A stretch of DNA of 64,000 nucleotides from SAR86 cluster bacterium (GTDB lineage: Bacteria; Pseudomonadota; Gammaproteobacteria; Magnimaribacterales; D2472), in assembly GCA_023703615.1 (NCBI GenBank), contig CP097971.1, forward strand, positions 1,134,224-1,198,223, in the 5' to 3' direction. Shown one piece after another: positions 48,547-57,589 of this stretch; the stretch's first letter is position 1; every line of letters begins with the position of its first letter. The notes under the pieces were generated by a model. The model was not told the DNA's origin. It did not search any database and was given only the letters and a program-made list of their open reading frames with translations. Made by a program: the position numbers and the translations under genes.

Positions 48547-49365
48547 ATGTTAAATATACTTAATAATAAACAAAAAAAATTCTTTGAAAAAAATAGATAT
48601 GTCGTTGTAAAGAATGCTCTTTCACAAGAAATAATTTCATTTATAAAAGATAGTTGGAATAGAATGGATGAAGAGCCATATAGTAAATCAATTTTTGTAA
48701 AAGAAGGTAAGCATGTAGATGGTTCGATTTGGAGCAAGCCTTTCATCACTTCTGAATATGGCATTTCTCCGTTTGGTGTTTCAACACTAACTAACCTCCA
48801 AAAAATTATTGAAAAAAATATAGAAATTGAATTAATACCAACCTACAGTTTTGAAAGAAAGTATTGGAGAGATGCTGTCTTATATTCCCATAGAGATAGA
48901 CCAAGTTGCGAAATAAGTGCAACTATAACTATAGATTACGTAACCGATAACAAAGAACCTTGGCCTATATGGATATTGAATGATAAAAACTATGCTGGAT
49001 TCAATAATGCCAATGCTTTTGCAGTTTCACAATCTAAAAATGAAGATGAAAGAATCAAAGCTGGTTGTAAAAGAATTTTGATCTATCCAGGCGATATTCT
49101 AGTGTATCAGGGTGTAAATGTATTGCATTGGAGAGATCCATTGGATGGAGAATGGGCAAGGCAGATTTTTGTGCATTATGTGAATAAAAATGGTCCTTTT
49201 TATCAAGAATTTCCTGAATTAGAGTTTGATGGAAGAAAGTCTCTTTATCATACCTATGATGACAATTATAGAAACTACAAAGTTGTTAAAGAACTAAATG
49301 AAACACTTGCTAACGATGTAAACTTTTGTAAAGAAAGGGCTTGCAAAGGTATTAGTAAAATATAG
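48547..49365 (+). CDS. 2OG-Fe(II) oxygenase-like protein, phage-associated type
   Basis: PTYSF.R.Y....L..HRDRPSCEISAT, WPIW, PGD..VYQG....HWR, QIFVHYV. Confidence 0.75.
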   Translation: MLNILNNKQKKFFEKNRYVVVKNALSQEIISFIKDSWNRMDEEPYSKSIFVKEGKHVDGSIWSKPFITSEYGISPFGVSTLTNLQKIIEKNIEIELIPTYSFERKYWRDAVLYSHRDRPSCEISATITIDYVTDNKEPWPIWILNDKNYAGFNNANAFAVSQSKNEDERIKAGCKRILIYPGDILVYQGVNVLHWRDPLDGEWARQIFVHYVNKNGPFYQEFPELEFDGRKSLYHTYDDNYRNYKVVKELNETLANDVNFCKERACKGISKI

Positions 49366-49375
49366 AGGATAAGAT

Positions 49376-49792
49376 ATGTCTAAAGAGGTAAAAGATTTTT
49401 TTGCAGTATATTCAGATTTTGTTGAAAAGGTAACAAGCGATCCAAGTCTAGACTTAGAAGATTTAAAGCGAAGATTTGATGAGATTGAAGACTCTTCTTC
49501 AATAAAAACACCAAGATTGCTTACGGCAGCTCTTGGGCTTGGGAGCGAAACAGGTGAATTTGTTGAAATTGTAAAAAAAATGTTTTTACAGGGAAAACCC
49601 CCATCAGAAGATAATATTTTTCATATGAAAAGAGAACTAGGAGACATAATGTGGTATTGGACAACTGCGTGTGCTTCATTAGGCTTAGATCCATATGAGG
49701 TAATAAGTGAAAATCAAGAAAAGCTTGCTGCCAGATATGGAGAAAAATTTGAAGTTGAAAGAAGTGAAGTTCGAAAAAAAGGCGATCTGTAA
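49376..49792 (+). CDS. MazG-like nucleoside triphosphate pyrophosphohydrolase (single domain)
   Basis: RLLTAALGLGSETGEF.EIVKK..LQGKP, RELGDIMWY, N..KL..RY. Confidence 0.88.
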   Translation: MSKEVKDFFAVYSDFVEKVTSDPSLDLEDLKRRFDEIEDSSSIKTPRLLTAALGLGSETGEFVEIVKKMFLQGKPPSEDNIFHMKRELGDIMWYWTTACASLGLDPYEVISENQEKLAARYGEKFEVERSEVRKKGDL

Positions 49793-49798
49793 CTTTAG

Positions 49799-49951
49799 AT
49801 GACTAAAAATAAGCAAGAAATTAAAAATAGTCAATTGCCTTCAGCGGTTGATGATTGTGCTGATGTAAAATCAAAGTTTGATAGATTTAAAAGGAAAAAA
49901 AAGCATGATAGATTTACTCCTGTTTCTTATGAGAAACCACCCCATTTTTAA
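49799..49951 (+). CDS. Small basic hypothetical protein (50 aa, not in ORF track)
   Basis: MTKNKQEIKNSQLPSAVDDCADVKSKFDRFKRKKKHDRFTPVSYEKPPHF; fills the mazG-to-next-gene gap exactly (TAA then ATG at 49952). Confidence 0.55.
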   Translation: MTKNKQEIKNSQLPSAVDDCADVKSKFDRFKRKKKHDRFTPVSYEKPPHF

Positions 49952-50314
49952 ATGTTAATTTTTTTAGCATCATTATATTTTATCTATGCATTTTTTTTTC
50001 TTTTTACCTATGTAAAGGGGTACAGCTTATTGAGATATCTTCTTAAAAGAAAAAATATTAATGTTCAATTATCAATTGAGCTTATTTTTATTATCATATG
50101 CTCATTTGTTTTATTCATGACACAACCACTGAACTGGATAGTAGGTCTAATAATGTTATCTCATGTTGGTGGGATAATTTGGATTATTTCAAACCCAGAT
50201 CAATACTATGCCATGGTTGAAGAGGCCTCAGTTGATATGGATTCATTCGAGATTATTGCATTTATGACATACATTGCTTATGGAGCATTTGCATACTACT
50301 CCATAATAATTTAA
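49952..50314 (+). CDS. Hypothetical membrane protein (about 4 TM)
   Basis: 120-aa hydrophobic ORF abutting the upstream small ORF. Confidence 0.7.
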   Translation: MLIFLASLYFIYAFFFLFTYVKGYSLLRYLLKRKNINVQLSIELIFIIICSFVLFMTQPLNWIVGLIMLSHVGGIIWIISNPDQYYAMVEEASVDMDSFEIIAFMTYIAYGAFAYYSIII

Positions 50315-51186
50315 ATAATATCTTTTATTCTTTTGTATAAGCTTGATGTATCCCATCCCCCGCCACCAGCATTTTGTATATCTTTATAGTATTCATTAAT
50401 AAGTTTTGTTAGATCTAGGTTAATATTTGATTTCTTCGCTTTTTCTAAAACTATATTAAGATCTTTTCTCATAAGATCTACTGCAAATCCATGATCATAT
50501 TTGTCCTCTGACATTGTTTTCCACCTATTTTCCATTTGCCAAGATTGAGCAGCACCTTTAGAGATAACTGAAATCACATCATTGATATTTAAACCTACTT
50601 TATCTGAAAAATTCATTCCCTCTGCTAAAGATTGAATAAGTCCTCCTATGCAAATTTGATTTACCATTTTTGTTAATTGTCCCGAACCACTTGAGCCCAT
50701 ATATTTTATAAATTTTGAGTAGCACTCTATAATGTCTTGTACTTTTTTATAGGATTGTTCTTCACCACCAACCATTACAGTTAGTTGACCTTTTTCTGCG
50801 CCTATTTGGCCACCTGATAGAGGTGCATCCAAAAATTTACAATTTTTTAATTTTAAAGAATCATTAATTTCTTTTGGTAGATCTGCCGAGGTTGTTGTAT
50901 GGTCAATGATTATTGTTTCTTCATTTAAATTTTCGTGAATCCCAGATTCACCAAAGATAATATTTCTTACGTCATCATCTTTTGTCACACATAAAATTAT
51001 AACTTTAGATTCTTTAGCAATATCTGATGGTGTTTTACAAACATTCCCAACATATTTATTTGACCAGTCAACTGATTTTTTTATAGATCTGTTAAATACA
51101 GAAACCTTATAGCCTTTGTTAGAAAGATGGCCAGCCATTGGAAAGCCCATCACCCCCAAGCCTATAAAGCCCAAGGCTTGTTTCAT
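50311..51186 (-). CDS. NAD(P)-dependent beta-hydroxyacid dehydrogenase (3-hydroxyisobutyrate/tartronate semialdehyde family)
   Basis: GFIGLGVMG.PMA, DHTT, LDAP.SGG..GA..G.L..MVGG, G.GQ.TKMVNQ. Confidence 0.92.
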   Translation of the reverse strand: MKQALGFIGLGVMGFPMAGHLSNKGYKVSVFNRSIKKSVDWSNKYVGNVCKTPSDIAKESKVIILCVTKDDDVRNIIFGESGIHENLNEETIIIDHTTTSADLPKEINDSLKLKNCKFLDAPLSGGQIGAEKGQLTVMVGGEEQSYKKVQDIIECYSKFIKYMGSSGSGQLTKMVNQICIGGLIQSLAEGMNFSDKVGLNINDVISVISKGAAQSWQMENRWKTMSEDKYDHGFAVDLMRKDLNIVLEKAKKSNINLDLTKLINEYYKDIQNAGGGGWDTSSLYKRIKDII

Positions 51187-51350
51187 ACTATAAAATCTTC
51201 TCTATCATTTTTTTCAGACTTATTAGCCTTTTTTTCATGATTTTGAGGTATGCCTTTTGTGCCTGATATTTCTTTTTTAGATAAATTTAACAAGTAAACT
51301 ATTGAAGCGATAGAGGTGATTGTAAGCGTTATGATTATAAAAATATCCAT
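51183..51350 (-). CDS. Small single-pass membrane protein (55 aa, not in ORF track)
   Basis: MDIFIIITLTITSIASIVYLLNLSKKEISGTKGIPQNHEKKANKSEKNDREDFIV; TGA overlaps the ATG of the dehydrogenase (ATGA). Confidence 0.6.
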   Translation of the reverse strand: MDIFIIITLTITSIASIVYLLNLSKKEISGTKGIPQNHEKKANKSEKNDREDFIV

Positions 51351-51364
51351 ATGATTTCCTAAAT

Positions 51365-52339
51365 TTATATCTCTATTTTGGTTTTAAATTCTTTAAATGC
51401 AAGTTTGTATTCACTTTCAAGTCTTTTAACAAGTTCTTCAACGCTTGGTGAATCTTCAATTAACCCAATCCCTTGCCCAGACCCCCAAATATCTTTCCAT
51501 GCTTTTGAATCTGTATTTCCACCTGATCCAAAATTCATTGTTGATTTGTCTGCATCTGGAAGATTATCAGGATCTAGCCCAGCATTTTTTATTGAGGGTT
51601 TAAGATAATTACCAAGAACACCAGTAAATAAAGAAGAATAAACAATATCTGCAGCTGTGCTTTCTTCCAACATTTTTTTGTATTCTCTATCAGCATTAGC
51701 CTCTTTTGTAGCAATAAATCTTGTTCCTAAATATGCAAAATCCGCTCCTAGGGTTATGGCTGACGCAACAGAATAACCATCACCAATTGATCCAGAAAGA
51801 ATTATAGTGCCATCAAACCAATCTTTAACCTCTCTTAAGAGTGCAAAAGGTGATAAAGCACCTGCGTGTCCGCCTGCACCGGCACAAACTAAAATTAGTC
51901 CATCAACCCCCTGTTCAACTGCTTTCTTTGCATGTCTCACGTTAATAACATCATGATAAACAAGACCTCCATAACTATGAGCAGCTTCTACTAATTCAGC
52001 TGGTGGCCTTAATGAAGTAATAATGATTGGTACTTCATGTTTTACACAAGTTTCCATGTCATCCATTAACCTATCATTTGATGCATGACATATTTGATTA
52101 ACTGCAAAAGGTGCAACTTTTGCTTCAGGATTTTTTTCTTTGTAGCTTTTTAGTTCTTCTTTAATTTTTATAATCCACTCCTCAAGCACATGTTGAGGTC
52201 TTGCATTAAGAGCTGGAAAAGACCCAATAACGCCAGATTTGCACTGAGCTATTACTAGCTCGGGTCCAGAGACAAGAAATAATGGTGCTCCGATAACAGG
52301 AATAGTTAAATTTTCTTTAATATTATTAGGTATAGCCAT
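51365..52339 (-). CDS. Nitronate monooxygenase / enoyl-ACP reductase II-like FMN oxidoreductase
   Basis: PVIGAPLFLVS, G.FPALNAR, GAGGHAG, GADFAY.GTRFIAT.E, W..IWGSGQG. Confidence 0.88.
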   Translation of the reverse strand: MAIPNNIKENLTIPVIGAPLFLVSGPELVIAQCKSGVIGSFPALNARPQHVLEEWIIKIKEELKSYKEKNPEAKVAPFAVNQICHASNDRLMDDMETCVKHEVPIIITSLRPPAELVEAAHSYGGLVYHDVINVRHAKKAVEQGVDGLILVCAGAGGHAGALSPFALLREVKDWFDGTIILSGSIGDGYSVASAITLGADFAYLGTRFIATKEANADREYKKMLEESTAADIVYSSLFTGVLGNYLKPSIKNAGLDPDNLPDADKSTMNFGSGGNTDSKAWKDIWGSGQGIGLIEDSPSVEELVKRLESEYKLAFKEFKTKIEI

Positions 52340-52448
52340 TTTTTATTTCTTTGTTTTTAATTTTGATTTTATAAAAGTTAATTTATATTGGAAGATTATA
52401 GTCTTTTTTAATGGTAATAGTTCCATTAATAATGTTAGCTTAAAAGGT

Positions 52449-53354
52449 TTAATCACCCATGGCTTCTAAGATTTCTAATAGTAAATTGATAATGTCTAAA
52501 TAAATTGTGAAAGCAATGGTAAACGCTGTGTTCCAATTATTTAAATCTGCAATTTCACCAGCCTTTTTAAGTAAATTGAAGTCATATAATAAATATAACG
52601 AAAAAACAAAAGCACCAAAAATTGCAGCAGCTCTGGTAGTTGGCCTGCTTATATTTATGAAAGTTCTTACTATATTAAATAGTACAATTCCAATTAGTGA
52701 TATAAAAAGAATAGCTGCGAATATTGTACTCTCTGAAAAAGAAATAAAATCACTATAACCAATAAATCCAGTCAAAATAGTAACAAAAAATACAATTTTT
52801 AATGCTTTATATCCATCATTTTCATCCATCTCTAACATTATTAAGCCTATCAATGGACCGGTTAGAATGCTATTTAATGAAAACATCAATGCTTGAGCAG
52901 TTATTGATACACCAGAAACTCCTGAAACAAAAAAAAGTGTCATACATAAAGAAATAATCCATGCAAAACCTAAAAAATTCACTGATTTATTTGTTTGTGT
53001 AACATGTTTAAATCCTAGTTTTAATAAACTTGATTCTTCTGCCTCATTTAATGCGATTTCTTTTCTGGTTATAGTATTTTTAAAAATGTTTACGGGTTGT
53101 GTAAAGTCTCTTTGGTATTCATCTTCTTTTGTCATTGTTTTAGGAAAAGATTTTGGCAATTCGTTATAAGGTATTAAATCAAGCTGATTTTTCATATTAA
53201 CCGAGCCAATAAACCTAAGCCCTAAAAGTTTTGAATCCTCTCTATATGCTTGATTAGCTTTTTTGATAAAAAACAAACATCCCAGCAGAACAATACCTAG
53301 TTGAGATGACAAAATAATCATGGTTTTAAAAAACAGAGTTGTTTCCATAAACAT
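52449..53354 (-). CDS. Bax inhibitor-1/YccA family membrane protein with soluble insertion
   Basis: C-terminal LYLLYDFN and A..IYLDIINL.L.IL motifs; hydrophilic segment after TM1. Confidence 0.82.
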   Translation of the reverse strand: MFMETTLFFKTMIILSSQLGIVLLGCLFFIKKANQAYREDSKLLGLRFIGSVNMKNQLDLIPYNELPKSFPKTMTKEDEYQRDFTQPVNIFKNTITRKEIALNEAEESSLLKLGFKHVTQTNKSVNFLGFAWIISLCMTLFFVSGVSGVSITAQALMFSLNSILTGPLIGLIMLEMDENDGYKALKIVFFVTILTGFIGYSDFISFSESTIFAAILFISLIGIVLFNIVRTFINISRPTTRAAAIFGAFVFSLYLLYDFNLLKKAGEIADLNNWNTAFTIAFTIYLDIINLLLEILEAMGD

Positions 53355-53420
53355 AAATAATCATAGCTTGTATTTGCTAAAAAGAAATTTTAAATAATGT
53401 TACAAAATAATATATATATA

Positions 53421-53924
53421 TTATTTTTTAAAATAAGCTACGGAGTGATCAACAAAATTGTGAGTCCCAATTTTTTTGAATCCATATTTATAATGAAATT
53501 TTATAGATGCTTTATTTAAAGGTTTAATATTTACCTCGCAGCATAGAGGTAGATTTTCATAATTAACTTTTTTTTCAACATATTTATATAAATCTGAGGC
53601 AAGGTTATTGCGTCTAAATTCTTTTTTTACAGCAATCCTATCTATATACAAAAATTTTTCAGTATTATTTGAAAAAAATTTATAATTTTGTGACGAATAG
53701 TCAGAACTCTCTCTGAAACATACAATAAAACCTATAACTTTATTATCATAACTAAGATAGAAGTTAGCGAAGCTTAATCTTAATAATTTAATTAAATCAT
53801 CAAAAGATCCTAAATCGCCAACCTCAGGTGTATTAGATTGATTAATTAAATAAATAGACTCTAGAATGTTTGCTTCAGAATCTAAAAAAAATTCTTTAAT
53901 TATTAACTCAGACTTGAGGATCAT
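53421..53924 (-). CDS. GNAT family N-acetyltransferase
   Basis: FLYIDRIAV....R...LA..LY, CEVN..P.N..S..FH...GF. Confidence 0.88.
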   Translation of the reverse strand: MILKSELIIKEFFLDSEANILESIYLINQSNTPEVGDLGSFDDLIKLLRLSFANFYLSYDNKVIGFIVCFRESSDYSSQNYKFFSNNTEKFLYIDRIAVKKEFRRNNLASDLYKYVEKKVNYENLPLCCEVNIKPLNKASIKFHYKYGFKKIGTHNFVDHSVAYFKK

Positions 53925-54633
53925 CCTTTGGAATCACTGGTTTAGGATCCGAACCAAGATTATCAATTGCATCATTAATTTTTTTTAAAGTCTCAGCAAT
54001 AAATAATTCTTTTGTAAGAGAGTAACTAGGATTTCCCATTGTTGATAAATCCTTTGCTTTTTCCATTGCGGTATTCATCAAATTATTTGACTCTGTTATT
54101 TCATCAATAATGCCAGTTTTTGTAGCGTCTTCTAATGCAAACATTTCGCCGCCAAGGACTGCTCTATATTTATAAGACTGCGTAACCCTAAATTTAATTA
54201 ATTCTAATATTGGTGTAGGTATAACCATGTTTGTTCTCATTTCATTTGCGCCAACCATGTATTCGCCTTTAATACCAATTCTATAATCACAACAACATAA
54301 TAAAAAGGTGCCAAGTGCTATTCCGTGACCTGAACAAGCTGCTAAAACTGGTCTTGGAAAAGAAAAGATTCTTGCAAGAAGCTTAAAGCCATTCAAAGTC
54401 ATATCTCTTATTTTTTCTATATCACCCGAACTAATTACTTTTAAATCAAAGCCAGCAGAGAACATCCCTTCCCTCCCAGTAATAATTAGTGAGCCTTTGT
54501 CTGTTGGTACATTATCTAAACATTCATTGAAGGCATCTATCATGTTTTTAGAAAAAACATTTGCCTTACCATCGTCAATAGTAATGATTGATACGTCGTC
54601 TTTGCTTTCTAGAGTTGCTAATTTTTCCATCAT
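53908..54633 (-). CDS. Crotonase/enoyl-CoA hydratase family protein
   Basis: DDGKAN, FSAGFDL, PVLAACSGH.IA.G.FLL..CDYR, ANE. Confidence 0.9.
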   Translation of the reverse strand: MMEKLATLESKDDVSIITIDDGKANVFSKNMIDAFNECLDNVPTDKGSLIITGREGMFSAGFDLKVISSGDIEKIRDMTLNGFKLLARIFSFPRPVLAACSGHGIALGTFLLCCCDYRIGIKGEYMVGANEMRTNMVIPTPILELIKFRVTQSYKYRAVLGGEMFALEDATKTGIIDEITESNNLMNTAMEKAKDLSTMGNPSYSLTKELFIAETLKKINDAIDNLGSDPKPVIPKDDPQV

Positions 54634-54688
54634 GCTCCTAATTTTTTATAAGAATATATTAATATGCCCCTTTATTAAATATAAATGT

Positions 54689-55300
54689 TTAAAACTTATC
54701 TGGATATTTTGGAGCAAAACTTGAATAATATTTTTTAATTTCTTCAATATCTTTTTCGTTGTCACCAGTTGGTATATAAATGTCACCTAGTAAAATTTCT
54801 TTAGCTGAAAAGTCTATGGATGCCATGAGAACATTAGCCTGAATTTCTTTTGCTATTCTTAAAAAGCCTGACTTCCATTCACTAACCTTCGATCTTGTGC
54901 CTTCTGGTGCCATAGCAAAAAGTGTCCCAGGATTATTTTTTATTTTTTTAACAATTTTTAAAACTACATCTCCAGGTACTGATCTATTAACCGGTATACC
55001 GCCAAGCGACTTCAAAAACCAACCTAATCCAAATCTAAAAACAGTATGTTTTCCGATAAATGAAATTCTTGCATCTAATCCAATTATAGTGGCAAGTCCT
55101 AACGCACCATCCCAGTTTGAGGTATGTGGCGCAACAATTACGACTAAATTTTCTCCATCTTTGACACCTGCAATTTTTCCATTAACCTGCCATCCAAGAA
55201 TATATAAGAAATATTTTCCTAACCATTGATAAAAACCAGGTCTATTTGCCCGATAGTAATTTGGAATTTGATCACTTGAAACAGTATGATTTTTTTTCAA
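54689..55300 (-). CDS. 1-acyl-sn-glycerol-3-phosphate acyltransferase family (LPLAT)
   Basis: APHTSNWD (HxxxxD), GGIPVNR, APEGTRS, WKSGF..IA. Confidence 0.92.
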   Translation of the reverse strand: MKKNHTVSSDQIPNYYRANRPGFYQWLGKYFLYILGWQVNGKIAGVKDGENLVVIVAPHTSNWDGALGLATIIGLDARISFIGKHTVFRFGLGWFLKSLGGIPVNRSVPGDVVLKIVKKIKNNPGTLFAMAPEGTRSKVSEWKSGFLRIAKEIQANVLMASIDFSAKEILLGDIYIPTGDNEKDIEEIKKYYSSFAPKYPDKF

Positions 55301-55306
55301 AATAAT

Positions 55307-55990
55307 TTATGTCCTATCTTTGAGAAGATATGGCGTATAAAGCAAATAACAAACTATTACAGCAAAAATATATAAATCAATAATATGGAAAGGTTCATTT
55401 CTCATAAAAGCTGTAACATTATTCCCGATAGGCTTTTCGATTAAGAACCAATAATTTGCAGGGGGTCCCAGTAAATAGTTTATTAAATACATAAATACAA
55501 GAAGCACGGATGCAAAGAAAAGAGCTTGATGAACATCTTTAAGATATGGTCTTTCTTTCTCAACGATAATTGCATATGAAACCACTAGGATAATAACAGT
55601 ATGTCCAATTTGATTTTGAATATATCCAACATAAGGAAAACCATAGAAAGTATCTGGCGTTAATATAGACATGCCAGCACCTGCAATTCCAAAAAAGAAA
55701 GCAAAAACAAAAAAAGGTCTTTTTTTGGTAATTAAATATGCAGCTGCAGCAAAAGTTGAAAAATCACACAAATGCAGTGGTAAGCCAAGTTTCCAATCGT
55801 CAAGTATTCCTTCTCTATAAAAATCCGTAGCTTGATTAATTATCATTATCACGATGACAATAATTGCAAAATTACGTTTAGTTTGTTCGGATGTGCCAAT
55901 AAAAAATCTTGGTAAAAAAATTATGGTAAGAGTGCATAAAGCAACAATAATTAGGTGAGATGTATCAAAGAGATTAAGTTTGCTCATCAA
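55307..55990 (-). CDS. YwaF/TIGR02206-type integral membrane protein
   Basis: LPLHLCD, G....LTPD, GH, ANYWFL..KP; multiple TM. Confidence 0.82.
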   Translation of the reverse strand: MMSKLNLFDTSHLIIVALCTLTIIFLPRFFIGTSEQTKRNFAIIVIVIMIINQATDFYREGILDDWKLGLPLHLCDFSTFAAAAYLITKKRPFFVFAFFFGIAGAGMSILTPDTFYGFPYVGYIQNQIGHTVIILVVSYAIIVEKERPYLKDVHQALFFASVLLVFMYLINYLLGPPANYWFLIEKPIGNNVTAFMRNEPFHIIDLYIFAVIVCYLLYTPYLLKDRT

Positions 55991-56051
55991 AAAGGAATTA
56001 TTAAATATATAAAGGCATTATAAAGTATTTAAAAAATATATCTCCATTAAT

Positions 56052-56069
56052 TGTCAAGCATACTTGACA
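56052..56069. promoter_or_regulatory. Palindromic operator overlapping a -35 box (site 1)
   Basis: TGTCAAG-CATA-CTTGACA; right arm TTGACA (56064-69), 16-bp spacer, TATATT (56086-91); 51 bp upstream of ATG 56121. Confidence 0.7.
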
Positions 56070-56120
56070 TTTTATTTTCTTCAATTATATTGATATTACA
56101 TAATTTTAAAGGATTTAAAT

Positions 56121-56600
56121 ATGGCAAAAATTACATTTGGTGGAATGTGGGTAGATATAGAGTCTTTAGAAGGCAAAGATAAGTCATATTGGATTGCTTG
56201 CTTAATTTTTTCAATAATAGCAGGAATGTGTTTTGGCGTTATATTGGGTTTTACTTCAGAGAGTTGGCTTTTCGAAGCCGATGTTGATAGAACAAATGAA
56301 GTTTCTGATATTTATAAAGAAAATAGCTGGCTTTTGTATTTAGCAATAGCTGCTGTTATTTCAACATTTATTGCTGGGTATACCTATATAAAAGTTCTAG
56401 TTAATCAAGATGACTTATTTAAAAAATATAATGAAATGAGTATGATTGGTGGTGCATGCGGTTTTGTATTTATTGGTGTACCAATCGCGGTGCTATCACC
56501 TTTTATTGGATACTCACCGAACTTTTTTGATTTTTTCCTAACATTTGCTGTAGGCTCTATAATAAATGGTTATAGGTTTAGTAAGAAATATCTTAATTAA
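56121..56600 (+). CDS. Hypothetical membrane protein co-transcribed with XRE regulator
   Basis: About 4 TM, QDDL.KK motif between helices, AAGGA RBS, 8 bp before the HTH gene. Confidence 0.75.
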   Translation: MAKITFGGMWVDIESLEGKDKSYWIACLIFSIIAGMCFGVILGFTSESWLFEADVDRTNEVSDIYKENSWLLYLAIAAVISTFIAGYTYIKVLVNQDDLFKKYNEMSMIGGACGFVFIGVPIAVLSPFIGYSPNFFDFFLTFAVGSIINGYRFSKKYLN

Positions 56601-56608
56601 ATACCATA

Positions 56609-56809
56609 ATGAAAAATAACATTAAAGAGCTTAGGGCTAGCATTGCAATTAGTCAAAGTGATCTAGCGAAATCTTTGAATGTTAGTAGGCAAACAATTAA
56701 TTCAATTGAAAATGGTAAATTTGATCCATCATTGACCCTCGCGTTAAAACTAATAAAATATTTTAATAAGCCTTTAGATTCTATTTTTAAATACGAAGAT
56801 AGTCTTTAA
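56609..56809 (+). CDS. Single-domain XRE/HTH_3 transcriptional regulator
   Basis: N.IKELR.....SQ.DLA..L.VSRQTINSIE.GKFDPSL.LALKL..YF. Confidence 0.93.
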   Translation: MKNNIKELRASIAISQSDLAKSLNVSRQTINSIENGKFDPSLTLALKLIKYFNKPLDSIFKYEDSL

Positions 56810-57569
56810 TTAAATTTATTTTTTTTGTGCCCCCGAAATAGCTCACTTCATTAGCATCTAAGATATCTAAACTTTTCTGTAGGCCCTTTTTTGCCTTTGG
56901 AAAATTATGGATTGCGCTAAGTGGTTGAAAAATTACATTTATAGTAAATAAAGAAAAGTCTTCATGGAATCTACATATTGTTTCTTTTTCAGATCTAATA
57001 AACCAACTGGAGGGATTAGTCTCTAGAGAATCCTCCTCATTTAGATGAAACCTTTTAGTGTCACCGTGAATTAACCAGTTTTGTCTGGCAAAAGGTTTCT
57101 TCAAGGGTGACTGTTTTATAAATGTTTCTATATGAGAACCAATTTTTTTGTTTAAAGAAATTACAGGTTTATGAATATCTCTTAAGGGTTTTCCTATTTT
57201 TGTTTTTACATTCCAGTAGCTTGGCGAACAAATGCTGGCAGCTATCATCCTCTGATCTCCATTTGCTTCTATTAAACATAAATCATCTTGAATACATAAA
57301 CCAATGTCAGCTATTAAATCTTTATATAAAGGCTTTTTAATTTTAAAAAATTTGCCAAGTTCTAATTGCGCATCTAAAGAATCTTTGGTTGCAGCAACTA
57401 CTTGATCGTATTTATTTTTCAGGAGTTTTTTTTTATGCTCAAGAATTTGACCATTGATTGGCCTATCAATCCATGTATCAAAATGTATTGGATGAAGACC
57501 AAGCTTATATTTTTTATTGCCATTTCCCCATGGAGGACTTCTCCAAAAACTTGAATCGATTTGTAGCAA
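56787..57569 (-). CDS. DUF3445 / heme-dependent oxidative N-demethylase alpha-subunit-like protein
   Basis: LGL.PI....W, QDDLCL, C.PS.W....KIGKPL..IH.PV, F.RQNW, R.E.ET..R, LFTI. Confidence 0.8.
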   Translation of the reverse strand: MLQIDSSFWRSPPWGNGNKKYKLGLHPIHFDTWIDRPINGQILEHKKKLLKNKYDQVVAATKDSLDAQLELGKFFKIKKPLYKDLIADIGLCIQDDLCLIEANGDQRMIAASICSPSYWNVKTKIGKPLRDIHKPVISLNKKIGSHIETFIKQSPLKKPFARQNWLIHGDTKRFHLNEEDSLETNPSSWFIRSEKETICRFHEDFSLFTINVIFQPLSAIHNFPKAKKGLQKSLDILDANEVSYFGGTKKINLIKDYLRI

Positions 57570-57589
57570 AACTGTTCCTTATAAAATTT

